DNA from: Adineta vaga
Lineage: Eukaryota > Animalia > Rotifera
Reading direction: 5' to 3'
NCBI GenBank assembly: GCA_021613535.1
Contig: CP075495.1
Location: forward strand, 13,082,001 to 13,146,000
DNA: 64,000 bases
Below are positions 24,475 through 44,149 of this stretch, piece after piece. The stretch's first letter is position 1. Each line of letters begins with the position of its first letter. Under the pieces are notes generated by a model, which did not search any database, was not told where the DNA came from, and was given only the letters and a program-made list of their open reading frames with translations. A program made the position numbers and the translations under genes.

Positions 24475-24939
24475 AACTTTGATATTTAAAAATTGTGTAG
24501 TTAGAAAAATTCACATACAAATAAAAAAGCGTGTTTGTTTTTTTTCTCTTAAAAACTGCAAGGATATTTATCATGTATTTCAGCATGTTTATTTTACAAC
24601 ATTACAACCATCGATTCAAATTGAGAATTAAATAATGAATTTACAATTCAACATATACTGTTTCTGAAAGGACAATTGTGCGAAGAAAATAGAATCCGAC
24701 CTTGTAGCTATTATCAACCATAAAATCTAATTTAGATTTAACCAACTAGAACATCTATGGGCTGTAGAAAAATAGTTGTTGAAAGTATGCATGTATTTAT
24801 TTCATGATCGTACAGAGAAAAAAAGCAAAAAATATATAGAATTGGAGTGGGTGTGGGTGTCGGATCTACTGCTACTCATTGAATAAACTCCAATCTAGTG
24901 TTGATCAATGCAAATCAACTGTGAAAATTTCAACATGAA

Positions 24940-25167
24940 ATGATACGTGAAACTGATGATTGTCGTTCAGAAACGGTTGTTGAGTTGGACACTGATTCTT
25001 CTCAACTCGGATTACCATCTGACTACATTCAAAAACTGCAGTTAGAGATACTTGGTTCACCAGTTGAAATTGCATCACCACTTGATGGAAAGAAAATGAA
25101 CGTAGAATATTTTACGTTCGTCTGTGATCAGAAGCAAGAAAAACAAACATCTCAAGTGATAAAATAA
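24940..25167 (+). pseudogene. Possible remnant of a prokaryotic-type clan AA aspartic protease
   Basis: RSETVVELDTDSSQLGLPSDYIQKLQLEILG resembles the ..V.ALVDTGA..L.LP..I..QL.L..G pattern, but the DTG Gly is replaced by Asp and the ORF is truncated. Confidence 0.35.
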
Positions 25168-26084
25168 TGTTTAAGAATTCAAGATGCTTAATTCATTTAA
25201 ATGTCGAATTATCTGGAATGTGTGACATTGAAAAGAAAGTTATTATCCTGAGGGTTTGCTTAGGGATGTATTCTCTCTTCACATTGAAAAATGATCATAC
25301 TGACATCTGTTACACTTTTAGTATCATCAACACCATCTAACACAGTTTTTTTAACTTCGAAAATGTTACTTTTTAAACAGTGAGATATGCTTATCCATTA
25401 TCTCAAATGCATTCTATAGGAATAGTTCAACTGATTGATGTATTTTGTCAATGATAAAAGAAGAATGAAAGTGTGAGAGCGCTTAATTCTTTTCGCGATT
25501 GGTAATAATTCTCACAATTGAAAGTTCTCTTATTCTTCAGTTAATCAATTAATCTCAAATGAAGTTGTGTTATTGGATAGACAATAAATTCGACATATTG
25601 AAATATAAAAATGTTAGTCGAATTGATTTTAGAATAATTAAAACTGAAACACAAGAGAATCTTCGATTTTCATCATATATTAAACAAATTACCATGCAAG
25701 AAGCATTTGAGATATGTTCAGTTATACTAATTGAATGCTAGATATATGATTCGATTGTTCTGTATGGAAAACAATCGACCTAATTTATTGATAATCAAAC
25801 ACTAGTCTTAATGTATTAACTTGGTTCATTTATCGTTCATGGAAGTCTATCTGGTGATCTTGTATTTCTAATAGATAAGGTATATTTTCATCTTGTCCAA
25901 CAACGGTATGCCTTTAAATGTTTCTTTTCTTAAAAAAAGGTTCTCTATTCAACGATATTCAGAATGAAAAATTAAAATAGATCTAATTTTTCTATTGAAA
26001 TACAACTACAATACTTTCCATTCTGCTCTTTTCTACTAGAAAAAAAAACAATATCTAAAAAAATAAACTAAAAAATTCTTTTAG

Positions 26085-27383
26085 TTATGTCTTTGATGAA
26101 GATGACGAATCGCCGGCTAAATGTTTTCGATGTAATTCTTCACATTTTACTTTTAATTTCGCGAATTCATTCTGAATAACATCAGTCACTGCTTTACGTA
26201 TTTCTTGCTAGAAAGAAAAGAAAACAATGAAAGTCAATCTATAAGATGTGAATACATACGAGAGATCGATTTTCTTTCTTCATTTTATCTACCATATCAT
26301 CGAAAATAATTGGATCACCAACATATATGCTCACTTTTTGTCCTGTCTGAGGTTTGTATGGTTCAACATTGGGTAATACTGAATCCATACCTATGAAATC
26401 ATTTCAAATCAGTATAAGAAAACAGAAAATATATTTTCTCATACCGAGATGATAGAATGGAACAACAAGTGGACAAATATTTGCTTCTGCAATAAGACGA
26501 CCAACACCTATAACAAACTTTTCATATAATAAATATATATTAGTTTAAGCTTTACCCCATTTCAATCTAATTAATTCTTTTGTCATATTGATTTTTCCTA
26601 AAAGATTCATAGAATATTGATAACATACATGTAGAAACTATGTTTACCTTCGGGAAAAATATGTACCCAATCACCTTGATTAAGTTGTTCGAGTGCAAAA
26701 TCCATTGATCGTTGATAAACACCATCACCACGTTTTATTGGAATGGTTTTACCCAAACTGAAGAAAATTTGATGTTTCTTCACAGTAAATACAATATCAT
26801 CAGCGCCTAATGCCCAACGCATCTTTTGACGATTCCACAAAGTACGATATGGCAACGTGGCTCCTAAAAGAATCATACAAAAGTTTGATAAACGACCGCA
26901 GCAAATATTTAACAAATAAATAACAAGTTATGTAAGTAATGGGGTGAGAGAACAAGAAAAATACCATTCATATACCGATCAACAATGGTTCATCTAAACC
27001 TGTTCATAGAAATAGAACAATAATAATCATATCTTGATTGAGAATATTTCTTACACGAATGATGATTTGTCGTTGTAATTAATGGTCGATTTGGATCTCG
27101 ATGGAGGACAGCATTGAGAAGAATATCACCTTTGAAAAAATAAACGAAGTTAACAAAGAGAAAACTTGAATAAATAGAAGAATTTGTTTACCATTCTCAA
27201 TTCGGACGGAAGTAAGATAATCTAGAAGAACAGTATCAATAATTTTGCTTTGTAGATCATTAGCATGGACTTACTCATCCATAATCTACTCAATGTTCCA
27301 ACAAAGCCAATCGTGATTGTTGACAATACTTTATATGATCTCGATGGTTTTTGCGGAAATGGCCAATCAAATGAGAGTGGCAT
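26085..27383 (-). CDS. TAZ: Tafazzin (cardiolipin transacylase)
   Basis: [10 protein letters not shown] start; NHHSCLDEP acyltransferase motif (includes a 24-nt microexon); [12 protein letters not shown]; [12 protein letters not shown]; [10 protein letters not shown]; [12 protein letters not shown]. Confidence 0.93.
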
Positions 27384-27754
27384 AATCTATCTAAAAGTGC
27401 ATATCATATATGTCTTTTCTCTTCTGTTTCTTCTTTAGCATTTTATTTGAAATTTTTGTTGACAAAATCTTTATTTTTTACTACTTTTTTTTATATATAT
27501 ATTGAATGTATATTGCTTTCACAAAAGAAAGTGAGAAACGTTAAAACATCACTACATAAAACAAAAGCAAATAGAAAAAGAGACAAACAAATACATAGGA
27601 ATGCACTAAAACATATCAAATTGTTTCAACGATTTTCTCTTGTGATTTTTAATACTTCTCCATGTTTTATCCCATTTTGAAAGACACAACAAAATTACTC
27701 TAAAAACTAATTATCTAACTAAGCGTCTTTTTGATTATCAGTTGTTGATTGCTT

Positions 27755-28797
27755 TTAAAGATCCTTGACTTTTTCGACAGTATCAGCAACTTTATCCTTG
27801 ATAGCATCAATTGTATCTGATACACTTTCTTTCAATGATCTAAATGATAAAAGAATATTGGCACGTTGTTGTAATTCTTCTTTCTTTTCATTAGTGATCT
27901 AGAAAACAGGAAAATTTCAAATAAATATTTTATAAGAATCAGTTGTTTTTCGTACTTTTCCTTTAAGTAAATTTTGTACACGTCGTCCTTCACGTTTAAG
28001 AAATTCGACGCCTTGTTTACCAACTGTTTCCATAATTTTCAAATAAGATTCGCCACTATAGTTAAAATACTTAACTTATGTATGTGTTCGAAACAAAAAA
28101 CAACTTTATTTTCTACCTCTTTTGTTCTTTTTTATCAGCGAAACCTTTAACTTGTTCGCGTACTTTTTCTATGATTGATTTTGCTTTTGTTTCATCATTG
28201 GACGATGATACATCGAAAAATTCTCGCGCTAAGTTATCTAATGCTTCTAATGTACCTGGTAAACCAAACCAAAGACCTAAGAAAAGAAAAAAAGTAATTC
28301 CATAAGTTTTACTATTAGATTCAATTGATACTTACTTGTATGTTGAGAAAGAAAACGTTTGAGACCATCTTCTGTTTTTTCTCCTGTAAAATCAATTGGT
28401 TTTGATTTGCCTTTAAGAAATAGTTTATAAGCAGGAAAATCAGCTTTTGTAACTTTATATTCAGTTGCTAATTGTTCATTTTCTTTTTCACCATAATCAG
28501 TGATTGGAATTTCAGCAATGAGAAGATTTTTAGTATTTGCAGCATTTTCAGCAAATTTCTTGAATTGATCTTGATTATCACCATAAGCTAAAAGAAGATC
28601 ATTATAGAATGAGAACATATTAAAAGAGAATTCTACGTACGATATTTATCATCAAATTTAGCAAGAACAATATCAAAATTTTGAAGAATTTTATCAAATG
28701 TCAAACTATCGACAGTAACTGTTCCTGGTGTATGAGCATAACTTATTAAAGTCCATGTAAAGAAAAGAATCGCAGAGAATGTATAAACAATTTTCAT
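27755..28797 (-). CDS. ERP29: ER chaperone ERp29/Windbeutel homolog with a LEA-like tail
   Basis: Signal peptide; TFDKIL...LAKFDDKYPYG; LLIAEIPITDYGEKEN; WFGLPGTLEALDNLAREF; QRANILLSF; C-terminus ...VEKVKDL*. Confidence 0.9.
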
Positions 28798-29005
28798 GGC
28801 TTTTAAAAGAAAATATGTTCGTCAATTTAAGTTTGATACAAATGAAAGAGTATATGTTTCGAGTGTAAGAAAAAAAGGACAAGTAAGACGTGTGCACTAC
28901 TTGTTTTATAAAGGAAGGTGAAGAGAAATAACCAATGAGAGACTGACGCGCTGAGATAATTACAACGATAGTAGTGACATCGAACACCTTTTTTCTTTTC
29001 AATTT

Positions 29006-29020
29006 AGAAAGTTCTAGAAT
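29006..29020. promoter_or_regulatory. Perfect three-unit heat-shock element ~210 bp upstream of ERp29
   Basis: aGAAagTTCtaGAAt matches nGAAnnTTCnnGAAn. It could arise by chance in AT-rich DNA. Confidence 0.35.
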
Positions 29021-29447
29021 AAACTAAAGCACATATGGATATAATTTTCAATGATATATTCATTGTTACTGGAATAGATATATAAGTGAGAAAGAATGAA
29101 GTCAAGATTAATACACGACATTAAATTTAGTGATTATAAAAAAAGGAAAAAAAATTGATTCAAAGAAATGCGAGACATATTGCTTTTACTAGCAGGAAGA
29201 AATGGAAAAGAGAAAAATTGAGTTATACAAAATGAACACATCAGCTTGAATAAATATATATCTATATATATACGAGACGCATAGAGACAACAATACAAAA
29301 GAGAAAAACACCGATATTTGAACATTAAAAAGTTTTGTTTAGATTTATCTATGAAGCAAAGTAAAGAAAAGAAGAAATCAGACTTTTCCTATGAAGATTT
29401 GTGAAGAAAAAACAACAGATGATAGATTATCAATTAGTTTTTTTCTT

Positions 29448-31439
29448 TTATAAATCCACTTTCTTCTTCGCTTCTCGAAGAAGTTCTCCAGCCTTGTTTT
29501 TGCCAGCTTCGTATACTTGTTCAGCATACTTTTCCGTCTTTTCAAGTGCTTCTTTACCATATTCTTGGCCAACTTCGACGGCCTTAGCTGCAAATTCTTT
29601 TCCAGCTAGAACAATTCACATCAGAAATAAATTTATTCAGTTTCAATGGATAATTTACAAACCTTCAAGAACTTCTGGAACTTTTTCTTGTAATACTTCA
29701 CTGGCATGAGCAGCATATTCACTGGTAGCTTTGTAAGCTTCAGCAGCAAATTCTTTGGCGCCTAATAATTCAACGAAAAATAATCGTTACTCTATTGTCA
29801 ATGTTTATTCTTCGAATAATTTACTTTTGATTGTTTCAGAAGTCATTTCTTCAAGTTTATCTTTTGCAACTTCTTTGAATACTTTGCCTTGTTTAACAGC
29901 TTCATCAGCATATTCTCTAAACATAACATCATTATTAATCGATCTAAGATACAATTATAAGACTTACGTAGCATATTCTCTGACAACTTCAGCACCATGT
30001 GCTAAGTATTCATTACCAGCTTCAGCAGCCGAGATCGCTTTTTCACCCAACACTTCTGCATATTCTGAGCCAGCTTTCGCTGCTTCGGCGGCTTTTTCTT
30101 TTAAAACATCAGCATATTCTGAACCAACTTTAGCAGCTTCTGCGGCTTTCTCTTTAAGAACATCACTTGCTTCATGAACTTTTTCCTAGAAGAGAAACTA
30201 ATGTAAAAACGAAAATGTTTTCTACAATATTTAATATATACTTTGACGATTTCAGCACCTAAGTAAAAGAATAATTCAAATCAGTTCACAAAGGTCATTT
30301 CATTCATTTCTATTTTACCTGCAGCAGCGGCTGGAGCAACATATTCATTGTAAACTTCTTGTGTTTTTTCGATACCAGCTTGAGCAGTAGGAAGAACATA
30401 GTCATTGTACACTTCTTGTGTTTTTTGTGCACCAGCGGCAGCGTATTCTTTCGTTGCTTTAGCTGCTCCAGCTGCAGCTTCCTGACTAATCTTAGCTGCT
30501 TCGGCAACTTTTTCTTTAACGACATTCAATGTTTCAGAAGCAACGGGTGCAACCTAGAAAGAAATTACATTAAATCAATAAAGATCACGAGAATCACGAA
30601 ATTTTTAATATCCTACATATTCATTGTAAACTTCTTGTGTTTTTTGCGCACCAGCAGCAACATATTCTTTGGTTGTCTTAGCTGCTTCAGCTGCGGCTTC
30701 TTGACTAATCTTAGCTGCTCCGGCAACTTTCTCTTTAACAACATTCAATGTTTCAGAAGCAACAGGTGCAACCTAGAAAGAATTATATCAAATGAATAAA
30801 GATCATAACAACTAAGAGGTTTGATATTATCTTACATATTCATTGTACATTTCTTGTGTTTTTTGTGCACCAGCAGCTACTCTTTGGTCGTTTTAGCTGC
30901 TTCAGCTGCGGCTTCTTGACTAATCTTAGCTGCTCCAGCAACTTTCTCTTTAACAACATTCAATGTTTCAGAAGCAACAGGAGCAACCTTGAAGAAATCA
31001 TATCAAATTAATAAAAATATCACAAAAGTCAAGAGGTCTTCTTCATCTTACATATTCATCATAAGCTTCTTGAGTTTTTTGTGCACCAGCAGCAGCATAT
31101 TCTTTTGTTGCTTTAGCTGCATCAGCTGCTGCTTCTTGACCAACTTGAGCTGCTTTTGATGCAGCGTTATTTACGTAATCTCCTAGAAATTAATAGAAAA
31201 AATAAAATAAATCATTTCGTTATTTTTCTATACGAACCAGCAGTTTTAGCTGCTTCAGCTGCAGCTTTAGCTCCATCTGACGCTAATTTCGATCCAGTTT
31301 TAACACCATCAGCTACTGTATCTTTGATATGGGTTGCTTTTTCAACTACTTGATCTTGAACAGATTTTTGTTTACCATATGTCGTGGAAACAAAACATAT
31401 AAGAACAAAGGTGAGAAAAAGTTTATGTGAAAATTGCAT
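29448..31439 (-). CDS. Secretory-pathway group-3 LEA-like protein with tandemly duplicated exons
   Basis: Signal peptide MQFSHKLFLTFVLICFVSTTYG; Ala/Lys/Glu-rich 11/22-mer amphipathic repeats (KEKAAEAAKVGSEYADVL); ends REAKKKVDL*. One repeat exon carries a frameshift. Confidence 0.8.
30319..31183 (-). repeat. Tandem exon+intron duplications (~215-bp unit) within the LEA gene
   Basis: Near-identical exons VAPVASETLNVVKEKVA.AAKISQEAAAEAAK.TKEY.AAGAQKTQE.YNEY at 30987-30836, 30772-30617 and 30553-; the flanking introns are also similar to each other. Confidence 0.9.
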
Positions 31440-31921
31440 TCTTGTTATTTGTTTGGAATTTGATTTATAAATCGTTTATAGAAAATCTGAAATACGAACA
31501 AAAAGAAATTCTTCAGAGATAAAGTTTGTTTGCACAATGAATAAAAATAAGAGTGATTGGATTTTTATGACTTTATTGCAAACCGGTATGCACTGTGAAA
31601 TAATCTGTCTTGTTTAGTTCATCGGCCGTTTCGAAGCAAAACATAGGCGTACACACACACACACACAGAATAGAAGAAGGAAGAAGAAGAAGAAAATATG
31701 GAATGATATGATAAGTAGTAAAAAAATGAATATGAACAACACAAAAATTGGTTCGATAGAATTTCGCGGAAATAAATGCTTTTCTACTTGCTTGGTTAAA
31801 TTTTATAGATGAGAAGATATTGCTTAGGAAGAAGAAATGTAAGCAATAGTACAAAATGAATAGAAAGTAAAATAGTATTTAAATGTCAATTCATACTGAC
31901 TTATTGATGGACATAATCAGT

Positions 31922-32825
31922 TTATAAGTCAAGTGTATCTTTCACTTTTTTCTCTGCTTGTTTAGCAGTTTTTTGAGCTTTACCAGAAACTTCATCAAGT
32001 TTTTCTTTCGCTTGTTCAGTATAGACAGCTGCATGTTTTGATGCAAAACCGAGAGTTTCTATAGGCATAAATACTAATGTTATGACACGAAATTTTGTTT
32101 TTCGTTCTTACCTTTAATTGAATCTGTGACATCGCTCAAAACACTGAAAGCTTTATCTAAAAGGCTATCACCTTGTTGTTCTGCTTGTTTTTTAACATCT
32201 TTAGCTGCTGATTTGGCTTTTTCACCGGCATCACTTGCTTGACGTTTGAGCTTTTCACCTTGTTCTAGATAAATTCAAAATCATAGTTAATATTTTACAA
32301 TCGTTTGAGATTTACTTGAAGCTTGACTAGCAACATTTTCAGTGGCTTTCTTTGCTGATTTAGCAGCATCATTAGCTGCATCTTTTCTAAAAATAGGTTA
32401 TCAGATGAAACATAGATCATGTTATCTATTCGTATTTACTTACACATCATCGAAACTATCGCTAGGCTTTTTGCGAAGATTTTCACCCGCTTGTTTAACA
32501 TCTTCAGCAGCTTTTTGACCAGCTTTAACTGCATCAGCTAGAGAAGAAGAAAAACCAATAAACATTAACCAAATATACAGATTGATTTCGACTTACAAGC
32601 TTTATCTTTCAATGTTTCAACATTTTCATTGACAGCATCAGCGACTTTAGCCTTCGAAAATAATAAAATACTTCAGATTTATATTGATGATGTTTTTGTT
32701 GAAAAACTTACTTTCAATTTTTCACCTTGATTTAAAGCATCTGCTGCTTTGTCTTTAATATCATCTTGTAAATTACCATGAACGATGGCAACACATACAA
32801 TAGTAAAAATAAGTATTTTAAACAT
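31922..32825 (-). CDS. Second secretory-pathway LEA-like protein
   Basis: Signal peptide MFKILIFTIVCVAIVHG; DIKDKAADA / TLKDKASDAVK / DAGEKAKSAAKDVK repeats; ends KVKDTLDL*. Confidence 0.8.
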
Positions 32826-34396
32826 GATGAATAAAATAAGATCGATTTGAAATGATTAATCTAAAATAATTAAACTAAAGGTAACGAACTGCTAGGATGC
32901 TATGTATCTATATATATATATATATATATATGCGCGTATTAATCAGAAAAATATATAGATATGCACCTTGTACTTTGGTTTTCTTTTTGAATATGAAGGA
33001 AAAACATCGAAGAAATCAACGAGTACAAGAGCGCCACAAATGTTTCTGATAAATACGTTGATAATAACGACGAAAGAAACTTAAGTGACATCTGACATAA
33101 GAGATGAATCATCAATTGAATTCTACCAGAATATATTCATCTGCTCTGCTTTACTGTTGTATTATTTAATGAATAGAAAACTTTTTTTTTCTTGTTCTTC
33201 TTTCTTCGCTACAAAGAAATCAATACATTCTTGGATCGTATTTGATTCGTTGATTATTTTACTTAATTTTGTTAATATCATTAACTAGCGTCCTCTCCAT
33301 ACGAAATCCAATAAAGCGTCGTATCAGGGTATTTCGAAGTAATAATATTTACATAACCTAACTAACAATAATTAGTCATTGAAAGAAAAACACAACGATG
33401 AAAATGTTCGTAATTGCAATCTTTACTCATCAAAAAAAGTCATATTTGTGACGCAAACGAAAGAAACTGTATGAAAAAGTTCGTCTATTTTTATTCTTTT
33501 TCTATCAAATTATACTCCAACACATCGCAGACAGAGTTGTTAGATATCTCTTAGATAACAATTTATCTACTCTAGAAGACAAGAATATCTGACGATATTT
33601 TCTTTCCACTGTCGTCAGTATCGGTAGGATTATATCAAAATACTCTTTTCGAGCTTTAGAGGATTGATTTCCTAGAAGTACGCACTTTATTTTGCTGTTT
33701 GTTTGTTAATGAACAAATAGTGTCATCTATCAGAGTTAGGTAAACACACTGAAACTATCATAACACCATCGTTTATCATGCATAGCTTCATAATTAGATA
33801 TTGTTAAATTTCAGAATATTTTTCAACACATATCAATCAGTAAAATCAAATCAACGTGGCACCTTTTTCTCATTGGTTACTACAAAATTTATTTTCTTCC
33901 GATCAGATTTATTATGATTTTTTTTTCTTCTCTTTTATATAAAAATTTATTTGTCAATATGGATCATTTCTATTCATACAATTAAATCGATATTCTTTGA
34001 TTATTTTACCGAAATTCTTTCTCATCTTCTGATCAAATGATTCGTCATTCGATTTGTATTTTTAATTAGAGGCACATCGAATAGTCGTTGTATGACTCAT
34101 TCCCCTCTAACCAAACCATCTATCTTTCTCTCCGTCTTCCTTTTTCTTCATTTCTTATGCTACCATCCACCCATACGTTTCTTAATTTGAATGTTTGCAT
34201 TGTACTCCGCCTTGTCTATACGCGCTCATTCGAAGGCGAGAATATTTTATACAGGATAGATTGTATGAATAGATAGAAAAAACAAATGACTAACGATTAA
34301 TACTTAAGTTCACAAACCTTGATAATGATTCGAAAAAAAAATTGTCTTTTTTCTATTCTTCTTTGGTTTTAAGATCTTGAAACAAGTTATTTAAGC

Positions 34397-41165
<6,769 letters not shown>

Positions 41166-41450
41166 AGATCTGAGTATCTATTCTCTCACATTCTCTCTCT
41201 CTTACTTTCTTTCTTTCTTTCTGACAAACAATACTCATGTTAACGTTACAATGTTGATCATGTTTACTTGTTTCCATCTCATGTAAACGTTTATTTGTTT
41301 GTCCGTCTGTGTGTGTGTGTGTTTTTTTCCGTGAACGAGTTTTTTCAATATTTACGACGATATAGTTGCATTCCTTTCGTCTTTTGTTACGCACCTATTT
41401 CTTTTTAAATTATTATTATTATTATTAACAATTTTTAGGCAAAAAAATCA

Positions 41451-41476
41451 ATATATATATATATATATATATATAT
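41451..41476. repeat. (AT)n microsatellite; many other (AT)n, (CA)n, (GA)n and (GAA)n tracts occur across 41-54 kb
   Basis: Direct reading of the sequence. Confidence 0.9.
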
Positions 41477-42148
41477 TAACATATACACCCTTAGGAGAAC
41501 CATTCATTCGTTTTTCTTTGTGTAACCCGTGATCTTCTCTCTCTCTCTCTCTCGTTTCTTTTTGTAGATCTTCTTGCATGCATTCAGTTTATTTTGATTT
41601 ATCATCTTTTGTCGTTCGTCTTTTTTTCTCTCTTTGTTTGTTCGTATATATATATGCCACTACATTACACATTGAAAAAAATATTAATAAGTTGAAACAA
41701 AACTGAAAATATCACTATTGTTTTGTAATAGATCTAGAAACAAAACAAACAAACAAACAGACACAGTTATGAATGAAAGCTGTATTCTTCTATCTGAGCA
41801 TACTGGCTCAATTAATGAATAGATAAAATGAAGATTTTTGCTTAATATAAAGGAAAAAGAAGGCTCATATTTTGCATTATTATCTATGTTTATTTTCATA
41901 GTAAGATGAAGATTTTTGTATCATATTATTTTTGCCTTAAACCATGAATGTGTGACATCTAGACATACAATCTTCCGCTCTGATTGATTGGTACATGAAA
42001 CCTGTAGAATATTTAGTTGCAACGTGGATTTTGATTTTGATTTCTTTCGAAGGTTGATTCATATGATATGATATTCGGTTCTTTCTAGATAATAATTTGT
42101 TATGGACAACTTTTTTCTGATCAAATATTAAATTTCAATAGTTCTTTC

Positions 42149-44149
42149 ATGGCACTTCAACAAGAATATTTTTCCATTCCGCCTATTACACGAGCTTATA
42201 CGACAACTTGTCTTTTAACGACTATAGCAGTCGTAAGTAGAAGATTTGTTACTGTCTTTTCTTCTTTTTTTTATATATAGAAGAAGAAAAATAGGAAATT
42301 TCATATCATTATTCCGCCCTGTTTAATCGCACAACCTGCTCGTCAATTTCTATTCCTATATCAATTACAAAACTCAATTGTTCATGGATAATCGGATAGG
42401 AACGAAAGAGAAAAGGAAACAGTAATTGATCGATGTCGTAATTCATCAGGTGTCGGAGTATGATAAAAAGAAAGAAATGTGTGATATTTTTGCAATTAGA
42501 ACAACTGTCACTTAGATTCAATTGATTTCATAGTACCGTTAGTTCGACTGATCAATCTTAGATTATGTTTTTTATTAAAGTGATTCTTCTATTCAATCTA
42601 GATACTCAATAATCCCTTTAGCTAATTTCTTTTTGTCTTGCCAATTTTCTCTCTCTCTCACTCTTTTAGTTTAAGATGGCAGATGGCTGGTTACTTGCAA
42701 CGTAAGGTTGCCTTGAGCTATTGTCACTTATGTGAAGAGGTAAATAGAGAGAAAGGCCACTTGAACAATCGTCAATAAGTAGTACCGAAGCACATCCTAT
42801 TTATTTGTACTCATCCTTCTCTTTTTTTTTCACTTTATACGGTTGACTTTTTTTTTGTTAGAGGAAACCTATCATAGTGAAGTTGAATTGTCTCAATGTA
42901 TGTTCATAATTAAAACTGCTAATAAAAAAAGGGAAAGTTCGATTATTTGTTCTTTAAACGGAAATTCGTTGAACAAACATTATTGAACGTGCGATATTGA
43001 TGATCTGAATGAGCAGATGCGGATGTACACTGTGCGCCTATTTCATATCTCGGTCGGGTGTTGAAGCGTGGCATCATTTTCGTCGGCAGCAGGAAATATA
43101 AAGTAATAGCATCGTTATGCAGATGAGAGAAATCGAAAGCGATCTAATCAAGCATAAATACGATATCAGGTGTGTAATCAATCCGCCTCTTTGGAAAATA
43201 AAGAGCATGCTTGTCTTTTCTTCTTCATATTAAATCAAAGTTTACGTTGAAAAAAACAATAAAGAATGTGTTTCATCTATCCGAAGAAAAGGAAAAGAAT
43301 GATTGTTATTGTTATTATTGTTTTGTCTAGCAATTAGATTTTGTTACGGCATATCAACTTTATTTTAATCCAGAATTGATTTTCAAAAAATTTCAAGTAA
43401 AAATAAGCATCTCAAATGAAAAATTCAAATAATTTATTTCATTTGTTTTCTCCTCTCAATAGTTATGGAGATTGATAACATGTTTTTGTTTTTATGGTGG
43501 AATGGGATTTAATTTTTTATTTAATCTATTATTCACTTATCGATATTGCCGTCATTTGGAAGAAGGTTCATTTCGTGGACGTGCAGCCGATTTTCTTTTT
43601 ATGTTTTTATTTGGAGGAATATTAATGATAATAATGGCGTTATTTGTTAATATTGTTTTCCTCGGTTCAGCATTAACTATTATGTTAGTTTATGTTTGGA
43701 GTCGACGGAATCCTTACGTAAGGTTAGTTTAAATAAACGATTTCTTTCTAATAGAATTATTGAACAAACATTTCAATTTGTTTAGAATGAATTTTTTTGG
43801 TTTACTTAATTTTCAAGCCCCATATTTACCATGGGTACTTTTTGCTTTTTCACTTCTACTTGGAAATGCAGTTATTGTCGATATTATGGGTATTATCGTT
43901 GGTCATACCTATTATTTTCTTGAAGATGTATTTCCACGTCAACAAGGTGGCTTTCGTATTTTAAAAACACCTCGATTTCTGTATGTACAATTTCAATAAT
44001 GATTGGTTCCTTTTTTTCATATTGATTGTCTTTTTAGGCATTGGTTATTTGATGAAACATCTCGTCGTGGAGATGAAAATGAAGCACGTCCTAATGTTGA
44101 AAACAATGCACCATTTGGTGCTGGTGCTGGTGGTTTTCAGTGGCAGTGA
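42149..44149 (+). CDS. DERL2: Derlin-2/3 (ERAD), with a 1.1-kb first intron
   Basis: [19 protein letters not shown]; [10 protein letters not shown]; [19 protein letters not shown]; YVWSRRNP; FQAPYLPWV; [12 protein letters not shown]; terminal GGFQW (SHP-like). Confidence 0.95.

Noticed and set aside
28930-28950. ERSE upstream of ERp29
   Set aside because: CCAAT-N9 is followed by ACGCG rather than CCACG.
29401-30799. Plus-strand ORFs over the LEA gene
   Set aside because: They are antisense shadows of repetitive Ala/Lys/Glu codons; the splice signals support the minus strand.
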